Shown here piece by piece: positions 51,501 through 64,000 of a stretch of DNA of 64,000 nucleotides. Made by a program: the position numbers and the translations under genes. Below the pieces are notes generated by a model. That model did no database searches. It saw nothing but the letters and a program-made list of their open reading frames with translations, and was not told the origin of the DNA. The stretch spans positions 3,844,001 to 3,908,000 of the forward strand of contig OZ059896.1 in NCBI GenBank assembly GCA_964057225.1. Reading direction: 5' to 3'. Positions within the stretch are counted from its first letter, which is position 1. Each line of letters opens with the position of its first letter. Source of the DNA: Auanema rhodensis (Eukaryota; Animalia; Nematoda).

Positions 51501-54500
51501 CTTCAGGGTGAAAATCGAGGATATAAGTGTGAACTTATATCAGTTGATATCTCGGTGCATTTTCAAGCTAGCGCAAATCTGATAACACAGATCGACGCAG
51601 CTTAAAAATCCGCATCGAATGCACTATACTACATGGAGAAACGCTCAATACAAAAATTAGTTATGATCGTTTGAAAAATGATGCATTAGTGTATGTTGAG
51701 TTTCCATGTACACTCAACAATGCTTCCAAAAACATTTTGACAAAAATTTTCCCGAAAAATTTCAAAATAATTTCACAAAAAGTAGATGTTTTTAGATTCC
51801 TTTTTTCAAGACAAAGACGATGGACATTGTTATTCAACAAAAAAATTAATTCTTCACGGTGAAAATCGAGGATATAAGTGTGAACCTATATCAGTTGATA
51901 TCTCGGTGCATTTTCAAGCTAGCGCAAATCTGATAACACAGATCGACGCAGCTTAAAAATCCGCATCGAATGCACTATACTACATTAAGAAAAGCTTAAT
52001 ACAAAAATTAGTTATGATCGTTTGAAAAATGATGCATTAGTGTATGTTGAGTTTCCATGTACACTCAACATTGCTTCCAAAAACATTTTGACAAAAATTT
52101 TCCCGAAAAATTTCAAAATAATTTCACAAAAAGTAGATGTTTTTAGATTCCTTTTTTCAAGACAAAGACGATGGACATTGTTATTCAACAAAAAAATTAA
52201 TTCTTCAGGGTGAAAATCGAGGATATAAGTGTGAACCTATATCAGTTGATATCTCGGTGCATTTTCAAGCTAGCGCAAATCTGATAACACAGATCGACGC
52301 AGCTTAAAAATCCGCATCGAATGCACTATACTACATGGAGAAACGCTCAATACAAAAATTAGTTATGATCGTTTGAAAAATGATGCATTAGTGTATGTTG
52401 AGTTTCCATGTACACTCAACAATGCTTCCAAAAACATTTTGACAAAAATTTTCCCGAAAAATTTCAAAATAATTTCACAAAAAGTAGATGTTTTTAGATT
52501 CCTTTTTTCAAGACAAAGACGATGGACATTGTTATTCAACAAAAAAATTAATTCTTCACGGTGAAAATCGAGGATATAAGTGTGAACCTATATCAGTTGA
52601 TATCTCGGTGCATTTTCAAGCTAGCGCAAATCTGATAACACAGATCGACGCAGCTTAAAAATCCGCATCGAATGCACTATACTACATTAAGAAAAGCTTA
52701 ATACAAAAATTAGTTATGATCGTTTGAAAAATGATGCATTAGTGTATGTTGAGTTTCCATGTACACTCAACATTGCTTCCAAAAACATTTTGACAAAAAT
52801 TTTCCCGAAAAATTTCAAAATAATTTCACAAAAAGTAGATGTTTTTAGATTCCTTTTTTCAAGACAAAGACGATGGACATTGTTATTCAACAAAAAAATT
52901 AATTCTTCAGGGTGAAAATCGAGGATATAAGTGTGAACTTATATCAGTTGATATCTCGGTGCATTTTTAAGCTAGCGCAAATCTGATAACACAGATCGAC
53001 GCAGCTTAAAAATCCGCATCGAATGCACTATACTACATTGGGAAACACTCAATACAAAAATTAGTTATGATCGTTTGAAAAATGATGCATTAGTGTATGT
53101 TGAGTTTCCATGTACACTCAACAATGCTTCCAAAAACATTTTGACAAAAATTTTCCCGAAAAATTTCAAAATAATTTCACAAAAAGTAGATGTTTTTAGA
53201 TTCCTTTTTTCAAGACAAAGACGATGGACATTGTTATTCAACAAAAAAATTAATTCTTCACGGTGAAAATCGAGGATATAAGTGTGAACCTATATCAGTT
53301 GATATCTCGGTGCATTTTCAAGCTAGCGCAAATCTGATAACACAGATCGACGCAGCTTAAAAATCCGCATCGAATGCACTATACTACATTAAGAAAAGCT
53401 TAATACAAAAATTAGTTATGATCGTTTGAAAAATGATGCATTAGTGTATGTTGAGTTTCCATGTACACTCAACATTGCTTCCAAAAACATTTTGACAAAA
53501 ATTTTCCCGAAAAATTTCAAAATAATTTCACAAAAAGTAGATGTTTTTAGATTCCTTTTTTCAAGACAAAGACGATGGACATTGTTATTCAACAAAAAAA
53601 TTAATTCTTCAGGGTGAAAATCGAGGATATAAGTGTGAACTTATATCAGTTGATATCTCGGTGCATTTTCAAGCTAGCGCAAATCTGATAACACAGATCG
53701 ACGCAGCTTAAAAATCCGCATCGAATGCACTATACTACATTAAGAAAAGCTTAATACAAAAATTAGTTATGATCGTTTGAAAAATGATGCATTAGTGTAT
53801 GTTGAGTTTCCATGTACACTCAACATTGCTTCCAAAAACATTTTGACAAAAATTTTCCCGAAAAATTTCAAAATAATTTCACAAAAAGTAGATGTTTTTA
53901 GATTCCTTTTTTCAAGACAAAGACGATGGACATTGTTATTCAACAAAAAAATTAATTCTTCAGGGTGAAAATCGAGGATATAAGTGTGAACTTATATCAG
54001 TTGATATCTCGGTGCATTTTCAAGCTAGCGCAAATCTGATAACACAGATCGACGCAGCTTAAAAATCCGCATCGAATGCACTATACTACATTAAGAAAAG
54101 CTTAATACAAAAATTAGTTATGATCGTTTGAAAAATGATGCATTAGTGTATGTTGAGTTTCCATGTACACTCAAAATTGCTTCCAAAAACATTTTGACAA
54201 AAATTTTCCCGAAAAATTTCAAAATAATTTCACAAAAAGTAGATGTTTTTAGATTCCTTTTTTCAAGACAAAGACGATGGACATTGTTATTCAACAAAAA
54301 ATTAATTCTTCAGGGTGAAAATCGAGGATATAAGTGTGAACTTATATCAGTTGATATCTCGGTGCATTTTTAAGCTAGCGCAAATCTGATAACACAGATC
54401 GACGCAGCTTAAAAATCCGCATCGAATGCACTATACTACATTAAGAAAAGCTTAATACAAAAATTAGTTATGATCGTTTGAAAAATGATGCATTAGTGTA

Positions 54501-57500
54501 TGTTGAGTTTCCATGTACACTCAACATTGCTTCCAAAAACATTTTGACAAAAATTTTCCCGAAAAATTTCAAAATAATTTCACAAAAAGTAGATGTTTTT
54601 AGATTTCTTTTTTCAAGACAAAGACGATGGACATTGTTATTCAACAAAAAAATTAATTCTTCAGGGTGAAAATCGAGGATATAAGTGTGAACTTATATCA
54701 GTTGATATCTCGGTGCATTTTTAAGCTAGCGCAAATCTGATAACACAGATCGACGCAGCTTAAAAATCCACATCGAATGCACTATACTACATTGGGAAAC
54801 ACTCAATACAAACATTAGTTATGATCGTTTGAAAAATGATGCATTAGTGTATGTTGAGTTTCCATGTACACTCAACAATGCTTCCAAAAACATTTTGACA
54901 AAAATTTTCCCGAAAAATTTCAAAATAATTTCACAAAAAGTAGATGTTTTTAGATTCCTTTTTTCAAGACAAAGACGATGGACATTGTTATTCAACAAAA
55001 AAATTAATTCTTCACGGTGAAAATCGAGGATATAAGTGTGAACCTATATCAGTTGATATCTCGGTGCATTTTCAAGCTAGCGCAAATCTGATAACACAGA
55101 TCGACGCAGCTTAAAAATCCGCATCGAATGCACTATACTACATTAAGAAAAGCTTAATACAAAAATTAGTTATGATCGTTTGAAAAATGATGCATTAGTG
55201 TATGTTGAGTTTCCATGTACACTCAACATTGCTTCCAAAAACATTTTGACAAAAATTTTCCCGAAAAATTTCAAAATAATTTCACAAAAAGTAGATGTTT
55301 TTAGATTCCTTTTTTCAAGACAAAGACGATGGACATTGTTATTCAACAAAAAAATTAATTCTTCAGGGTGAAAATCGAGGATATAAGTGTGAACTTATAT
55401 CAGTTGATATCTCGGTGCATTTTCAAGCTAGCGCAAATCTGATAACACAGATCGACGCAGCTTAAAAATCCGCATCGAATGCACTATACTACATTAAGAA
55501 AAGCTTAATACAAAAATTAGTTATGATCGTTTGAAAAATGATGCATTAGTGTATGTTGAGTTTCCATGTACACTCAACATTGCTTCCAAAAACATTTTGA
55601 CAAAAATTTTCCCGAAAAATTTCAAAATAATTTCACAAAAAGTAGATGTTTTTAGATTCCTTTTTTCAAGACAAAGACGATGGACATTGTTATTCAACAA
55701 AAAAATTAATTCTTCAGGGTGAAAATCGAGGATATAAGTGTGAACTTATATCAGTTGATATCTCGGTGCATTTTCAAGCTAGCGCAAATCTGATAACACA
55801 GATCGACGCAGCTTAAAAATCCGCATCGAATGCACTATACTACATTAAGAAAAGCTTAATACAAAAATTAGTTATGATCGTTTGAAAAATGATGCATTAG
55901 TGTATGTTGAGTTTCCATGTACACTCAACATTGCTTCCAAAAACATTTTGACAAAAATTTTCCCGAAAAATTTCAAAATAATTTCACAAAAAGTAGATGT
56001 TTTTAGATTCCTTTTTTCAAGACAAAGACGATGGACATTGTTATTCAACAAAAAATTAATTCTTCAGGGTGAAAATCGAGGATATAAGTGTGAACTTATA
56101 TCAGTTGATATCTCGGTGCATTTTTAAGCTAGCGCAAATCTGATAACACAGATCGACGCAGCTTAAAAATCCGCATCGAATGCACTATACTACATTAAGA
56201 AAAGCTTAATACAAAAATTAGTTATGATCGTTTGAAAAATGATGCATTAGTGTATGTTGAGTTTCCATGTACACTCAACATTGCTTCCAAAAACATTTTG
56301 ACAAAAATTTTCCCGAAAAATTTCAAAATAATTTCACAAAAAGTAGATGTTTTTAGATTTCTTTTTTCAAGACAAAGACGATGGACATTGTTATTCAACA
56401 AAAAAATTAATTCTTCAGGGTGAAAATCGAGGATATAAGTGTGAACTTATATCAGTTGATATCTCGGTGCATTTTTAAGCTAGCGCAAATCTGATAACAC
56501 AGATCGACGCAGCTTAAAAATCCACATCGAATGCACTATACTACATTGGGAAACACTCAATACAAACATTAGTTATGATCGTTTGAAAAATGATGCATTA
56601 GTGTATGTTGAGTTTCCATGTACACTCAACAATGCTTCCAAAAACATTTTGACAAAAATTTTCCCGAAAAATTTCAAAATAATTTCACAAAAAGTAGATG
56701 TTTTTAGATTCCTTTTTTCAAGACAAAGACGATGGACATTGTTATTCAACAAAAAAATTAATTCTTCACGGTGAAAATCGAGGATATAAGTGTGAACCTA
56801 TATCAGTTGATATCTCGGTGCATTTTCAAGCTAGCGCAAATCTGATAACACAGATCGACGCAGCTTAAAAATCCGCATCGAATGCACTATACTACATTAA
56901 GAAAAGCTTAATACAAAAATTAGTTATGATCGTTTGAAAAATGATGCATTAGTGTATGTTGAGTTTCCATGTACACTCAACATTGCTTCCAAAAACATTT
57001 TGACAAAAATTTTCCCGAAAAATTTCAAAATAATTTCACAAAAAGTAGATGTTTTTAGATTCCTTTTTTCAAGACAAAGACGATGGACATTGTTATTCAA
57101 CAAAAAAATTAATTCTTCAGGGTGAAAATCGAGGATATAAGTGTGAACTTATATCAGTTGATATCTCGGTGCATTTTCAAGCTAGCGCAAATCTGATAAC
57201 ACAGATCGACGCAGCTTAAAAATCCGCATCGAATGCACTATACTACATGGAGAAACGCTCAATACAAAAATTAGTTATGATCGTTTGAAAAATGATGCAT
57301 TAGTGTATGTTGAGTTTCCATGTACACTCAACAATGCTTCCAAAAACATTTTGACAAAAATTTTCCCGAAAAATTTCAAAATAATTTCACAAAAAGTAGA
57401 TGTTTTTAGATTCCTTTTTTCAAGACAAAGACGATGGACATTGTTATTCAACAAAAAAATTAATTCTTCACGGTGAAAATCGAGGATATAAGTGTGAACC

Positions 57501-60500
57501 TATATCAGTTGATATCTCGGTGCATTTTCAAGCTAGCGCAAATCTGATAACACAGATCGACGCAGCTTAAAAATCCGCATCGAATGCACTATACTACATT
57601 AAGAAAAGCTTAATACAAAAATTAGTTATGATCGTTTGAAAAATGATGCATTAGTGTATGTTGAGTTTCCATGTACACTCAACATTGCTTCCAAAAACAT
57701 TTTGACAAAAATTTTCCCGAAAAATTTCAAAATAATTTCACAAAAAGTAGATGTTTTTAGATTCCTTTTTTCAAGACAAAGACGATGGACATTGTTATTC
57801 AACAAAAAAATTAATTCTTCAGGGTGAAAATCGAGGATATAAGTGTGAACCTATATCAGTTGATATCTCGGTGCATTTTCAAGCTAGCGCAAATCTGATA
57901 ACACAGATCGACGCAGCTTAAAAATCCGCATCGAATGCACTATACTACATGGAGAAACGCTCAATACAAAAATTAGTTATGATCGTTTGAAAAATGATGC
58001 ATTAGTGTATGTTGAGTTTCCATGTACACTCAACAATGCTTCCAAAAACATTTTGACAAAAATTTTCCCGAAAAATTTCAAAATAATTTCACAAAAAGTA
58101 GATGTTTTTAGATTCCTTTTTTCAAGACAAAGACGATGGACATTGTTATTCAACAAAAAAATTAATTCTTCACGGTGAAAATCGAGGATATAAGTGTGAA
58201 CCTATATCAGTTGATATCTCGGTGCATTTTCAAGCTAGCGCAAATCTGATAACACAGATCGACGCAGCTTAAAAATCCGCATCGAATGCACTATACTACA
58301 TTAAGAAAAGCTTAATACAAAAATTAGTTATGATCGTTTGAAAAATGATGCATTAGTGTATGTTGAGTTTCCATGTACACTCAACATTGCTTCCAAAAAC
58401 ATTTTGACAAAAATTTTCCCGAAAAATTTCAAAATAATTTCACAAAAAGTAGATGTTTTTAGATTCCTTTTTTCAAGACAAAGACGATGGACATTGTTAT
58501 TCAACAAAAAAATTAATTCTTCAGGGTGAAAATCGAGGATATAAGTGTGAACTTATATCAGTTGATATCTCGGTGCATTTTTAAGCTAGCGCAAATCTGA
58601 TAACACAGATCGACGCAGCTTAAAAATCCGCATCGAATGCACTATACTACATTGGGAAACACTCAATACAAAAATTAGTTATGATCGTTTGAAAAATGAT
58701 GCATTAGTGTATGTTGAGTTTCCATGTACACTCAACAATGCTTCCAAAAACATTTTGACAAAAATTTTCCCGAAAAATTTCAAAATAATTTCACAAAAAG
58801 TAGATGTTTTTAGATTCCTTTTTTCAAGACAAAGACGATGGACATTGTTATTCAACAAAAAAATTAATTCTTCACGGTGAAAATCGAGGATATAAGTGTG
58901 AACCTATATCAGTTGATATCTCGGTGCATTTTCAAGCTAGCGCAAATCTGATAACACAGATCGACGCAGCTTAAAAATCCGCATCGAATGCACTATACTA
59001 CATTAAGAAAAGCTTAATACAAAAATTAGTTATGATCGTTTGAAAAATGATGCATTAGTGTATGTTGAGTTTCCATGTACACTCAACATTGCTTCCAAAA
59101 ACATTTTGACAAAAATTTTCCCGAAAAATTTCAAAATAATTTCACAAAAAGTAGATGTTTTTAGATTCCTTTTTTCAAGACAAAGACGATGGACATTGTT
59201 ATTCAACAAAAAAATTAATTCTTCAGGGTGAAAATCGAGGATATAAGTGTGAACTTATATCAGTTGATATCTCGGTGCATTTTCAAGCTAGCGCAAATCT
59301 GATAACACAGATCGACGCAGCTTAAAAATCCGCATCGAATGCACTATACTACATTAAGAAAAGCTTAATACAAAAATTAGTTATGATCGTTTGAAAAATG
59401 ATGCATTAGTGTATGTTGAGTTTCCATGTACACTCAACATTGCTTCCAAAAACATTTTGACAAAAATTTTCCCGAAAAATTTCAAAATAATTTCACAAAA
59501 AGTAGATGTTTTTAGATTCCTTTTTTCAAGACAAAGACGATGGACATTGTTATTCAACAAAAAAATTAATTCTTCAGGGTGAAAATCGAGGATATAAGTG
59601 TGAACTTATATCAGTTGATATCTCGGTGCATTTTCAAGCTAGCGCAAATCTGATAACACAGATCGACGCAGCTTAAAAATCCGCATCGAATGCACTATAC
59701 TACATTAAGAAAAGCTTAATACAAAAATTAGTTATGATCGTTTGAAAAATGATGCATTAGTGTATGTTGAGTTTCCATGTACACTCAAAATTGCTTCCAA
59801 AAACATTTTGACAAAAATTTTCCCGAAAAATTTCAAAATAATTTCACAAAAAGTAGATGTTTTTAGATTCCTTTTTTCAAGACAAAGACGATGGACATTG
59901 TTATTCAACAAAAAATTAATTCTTCAGGGTGAAAATCGAGGATATAAGTGTGAACTTATATCAGTTGATATCTCGGTGCATTTTTAAGCTAGCGCAAATC
60001 TGATAACACAGATCGACGCAGCTTAAAAATCCGCATCGAATGCACTATACTACATTAAGAAAAGCTTAATACAAAAATTAGTTATGATCGTTTGAAAAAT
60101 GATGCATTAGTGTATGTTGAGTTTCCATGTACACTCAACATTGCTTCCAAAAACATTTTGACAAAAATTTTCCCGAAAAATTTCAAAATAATTTCACAAA
60201 AAGTAGATGTTTTTAGATTTCTTTTTTCAAGACAAAGACGATGGACATTGTTATTCAACAAAAAAATTAATTCTTCAGGGTGAAAATCGAGGATATAAGT
60301 GTGAACTTATATCAGTTGATATCTCGGTGCATTTTTAAGCTAGCGCAAATCTGATAACACAGATCGACGCAGCTTAAAAATCCACATCGAATGCACTATA
60401 CTACATTGGGAAACACTCAATACAAACATTAGTTATGATCGTTTGAAAAATGATGCATTAGTGTATGTTGAGTTTCCATGTACACTCAACAATGCTTCCA

Positions 60501-63500
60501 AAAACATTTTGACAAAAATTTTCCCGAAAAATTTCAAAATAATTTCACAAAAAGTAGATGTTTTTAGATTCCTTTTTTCAAGACAAAGACGATGGACATT
60601 GTTATTCAACAAAAAAATTAATTCTTCACGGTGAAAATCGAGGATATAAGTGTGAACCTATATCAGTTGATATCTCGGTGCATTTTCAAGCTAGCGCAAA
60701 TCTGATAACACAGATCGACGCAGCTTAAAAATCCGCATCGAATGCACTATACTACATTAAGAAAAGCTTAATACAAAAATTAGTTATGATCGTTTGAAAA
60801 ATGATGCATTAGTGTATGTTGAGTTTCCATGTACACTCAACATTGCTTCCAAAAACATTTTGACAAAAATTTTCCCGAAAAATTTCAAAATAATTTCACA
60901 AAAAGTAGATGTTTTTAGATTCCTTTTTTCAAGACAAAGACGATGGACATTGTTATTCAACAAAAAAATTAATTCTTCAGGGTGAAAATCGAGGATATAA
61001 GTGTGAACTTATATCAGTTGATATCTCGGTGCATTTTCAAGCTAGCGCAAATCTGATAACACAGATCGACGCAGCTTAAAAATCCGCATCGAATGCACTA
61101 TACTACATTAAGAAAAGCTTAATACAAAAATTAGTTATGATCGTTTGAAAAATGATGCATTAGTGTATGTTGAGTTTCCATGTACACTCAACATTGCTTC
61201 CAAAAACATTTTGACAAAAATTTTCCCGAAAAATTTCAAAATAATTTCACAAAAAGTAGATGTTTTTAGATTCCTTTTTTCAAGACAAAGACGATGGACA
61301 TTGTTATTCAACAAAAAAATTAATTCTTCAGGGTGAAAATCGAGGATATAAGTGTGAACTTATATCAGTTGATATCTCGGTGCATTTTCAAGCTAGCGCA
61401 AATCTGATAACACAGATCGACGCAGCTTAAAAATCCGCATCGAATGCACTATACTACATTAAGAAAAGCTTAATACAAAAATTAGTTATGATCGTTTGAA
61501 AAATGATGCATTAGTGTATGTTGAGTTTCCATGTACACTCAACATTGCTTCCAAAAACATTTTGACAAAAATTTTCCCGAAAAATTTCAAAATAATTTCA
61601 CAAAAAGTAGATGTTTTTAGATTCCTTTTTTCAAGACAAAGACGATGGACATTGTTATTCAACAAAAAAATTAATTCTTCAGGGTGAAAATCGAGGATAT
61701 AAGTGTGAACTTATATCAGTTGATATCTCGGTGCATTTTCAAGCTAGCGCAAATCTGATAACACAGATCGACGCAGCTTAAAAATCCGCATCGAATGCAC
61801 TATACTACATTAAGAAAAGCTTAATACAAAAATTAGTTATGATCGTTTGAAAAATGATGCATTAGTGTATGTTGAGTTTCCATGTACACTCAAAATTGCT
61901 TCAAAAACATTTTGACAAAAATTTTCCCGAAAAATTTCAAAATAATTTCACAAAAAGTAGATGTTTTTAGATTCCTTTTTTCAAGACAAAGACGATGGAC
62001 ATTGTTATTCAACAAAAAATTAATTCTTCAGGTGAAAATCGAGGATATAAGTGTGAACTTATATCAGTTGATATCTCGGTGCATTTTTAAGCTAGCGCAA
62101 ATCTGATAACACAGATCGACGCAGCTTAAAAATCCGCATCGAATGCACTATACTACATTAAGAAAAGCTTAATACAAAAATTAGTTATGATCGTTTGAAA
62201 AATGATGCATTAGTGTATGTTGAGTTTCCATGTACACTCAACATTGCTTCCAAAAACATTTTGACAAAAATTTTCCCGAAAAATTTCAAAAATAATTTCA
62301 CAAAAAGTAGATGTTTTTAGATTCCTTTTTTCAAGACAAAGACGATGGACATTGTTATTCACAAAAAAATTAATCTTCAGGGTGAAAATCGAGGATATAA
62401 GTGTGAACTTATATCAGTTGATATCTCGGTGCATTTTTAAGCTAGCGCAAATCTGATAACACAGATCGACGCAGCTTAAAAATCCACATCGAATGCACTA
62501 TACTACATTGGGAAACACTCAATACAAACATTAGTTATGATCGTTGAAAAATGATGCATTAGTGTATGTTGAGTTTCCATGTACACTCAACATTGCTTCC
62601 AAAAACATTTTGACAAAATTTTCCCGAAAATTTCAAAATAATTTCACAAAAAGTAGATGTTTTTAGATTCCTTTTTTCAAGACAAAGACGATGGACATTG
62701 TTATTCAACAAAAAAATTAATTCTTCAGGGTGAAAATCGAGGATATAAGTGTGAACCTATATCAGTTGATATCTCGGTGCATTTTCAAGCTAGCGCAAAT
62801 CTGATAACACAGATCGACGCAGCTTAAAAATCCGCATCGAATGCACTATACTACATGGAGAAACGCTCAATACAAAAATTAGTTATGATCGTTTGAAAAA
62901 TGATGCATTAGTGTATGTTGAGTTTCCATGTACACTCAACAATGCTTCCAAAAACATTTTGACAAAAATTTTCCCGAAAAATTTCAAAATAATTTCACAA
63001 AAAGTAGATGTTTTTAGATTCCTTTTTCAAGACAAAGACGATGGACAATGTTATTCAAACGAAAAAAATTAATTCTTCACGGTGAAAATCGAGGATATAA
63101 GTGTGAACCTATATCAGTTGATATCTCGGTGCATTTTCAAGCTAGCGCAAATCTGATAACACAGATCGACGCAGCTTAAAAATCCGCATCGAATGCACTA
63201 TACTACATGGAGAAACGCTCAATACAAAAATTAGTTATGATCGTTTGAAAAATGATGCATTAGTGTATGTTGAGTTTCCATGTACACTCAACAATGCTTC
63301 CAAAAACATTTTGACAAAAATTTTCCCGAAAAATTTCAAAATAATTTCACAAAAAAGTAGATGTTTTTAGATTCCTTTTTTCAAGACAAAGACGATGGAC
63401 ATTGTTATTCAACAAAAAAATTAATTCTTCACGGTGAAAATCGAGGATATAAGTGTGAACCTATATCAGTTGATATCTCGGTGCATTTTCAAGCTAGCGC

Positions 63501-64000
63501 AAATCTGATAACACAGATCGACGCAGCTTAAAAATCCGCATCGAATGCACTATACTACATTAAGAAAAGCTTAATACAAAAATTAGTTATGATCGTTTGA
63601 AAAATGATGCATTAGTGTATGTTGAGTTTCCATGTACACTCAACATTGCTTCCAAAAACATTTTGACAAAAATTTTCCCGAAAAATTTCAAAATAATTTC
63701 ACAAAAAGTAGATGTTTTTAGATTCCTTTTTTCAAGGACAAAGACGATGGACATTGTTATTCAACAAAAAAATTAATTCTTCAGGGTGAAAATCGAGGAT
63801 ATAAGTGTGAACTTATATCAGTTGATATCTCGGTGCATTTTTAAGCTAGCGCAAATCTGATAACACAGATCGACGCAGCTTAAAAATCCGCATCGAATGC
63901 ACTATACTACATTGGGAAACACTCAATACAAAAATTAGTTATGATCGTTTGAAAAATGATGCATTAGTGTATGTTGAGTTTCCATGTACACTCAACAATG

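Larger units (their letters stand above)
15077..64000 (+). repeat. Sat-B: 351-bp head-to-tail satellite array, ~139 copies, near-identical monomers, continues past the window end
   Basis: Period of 351 bp (350/352 with A-tract indels) read from repeated ORF starts 15173, 15524, 15875...; begins at aaatctgataacacagatcg; no inversion or foreign insertion seen. Confidence 0.99.

Noticed and set aside
15173-62106. 63-aa (or 81-aa) ORF repeated in nearly every 351-bp unit as a tandem gene family
   Set aside because: Starts at TTG, has no recognisable domain, and is freely broken by frameshifts and a stop (units near 17279, 22895, 25353); most variants change amino acids. It is a chance ORF multiplied by the repeat.
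15077-64000. CRISPR array
   Set aside because: Whole units are repeated with no unique spacers, there are no cas genes, and the context is eukaryotic.

Overview
Eukaryotic, AT-rich, essentially gene-free satellite DNA containing the boundary between two unrelated tandem-repeat families. Positions 1-~14,228 hold a heterogeneous 179-184-bp satellite (Sat-A) that changes orientation several times. Positions 15,077-64,000 hold a very homogeneous head-to-tail 351-bp satellite (Sat-B, about 139 copies) with locally changing higher-order repeats and hairpins in every monomer. The only non-satellite DNA is a remnant of a replication-dependent histone locus. A perfect histone mRNA 3' stem-loop of the C. 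elegans type (GGCCCU-CUUU-AGGGCC, minus strand, 15,034-15,049) lies 27 nt from the edge of Sat-B. A putative H4 promoter plus the first 11-12 codons of histone H4 is present twice, inside a ~711-bp inverted duplication (1,135-1,845 and 14,085-14,796), so that the two H4 starts point at each other across ~12 kb of Sat-A. A third copy probably lies just upstream of the window. The stem-loop type suggests a nematode (inference). All ORFs in the supplied track are judged to be chance ORFs; no intact protein-coding gene is supported. All counts and alignments were done by eye.
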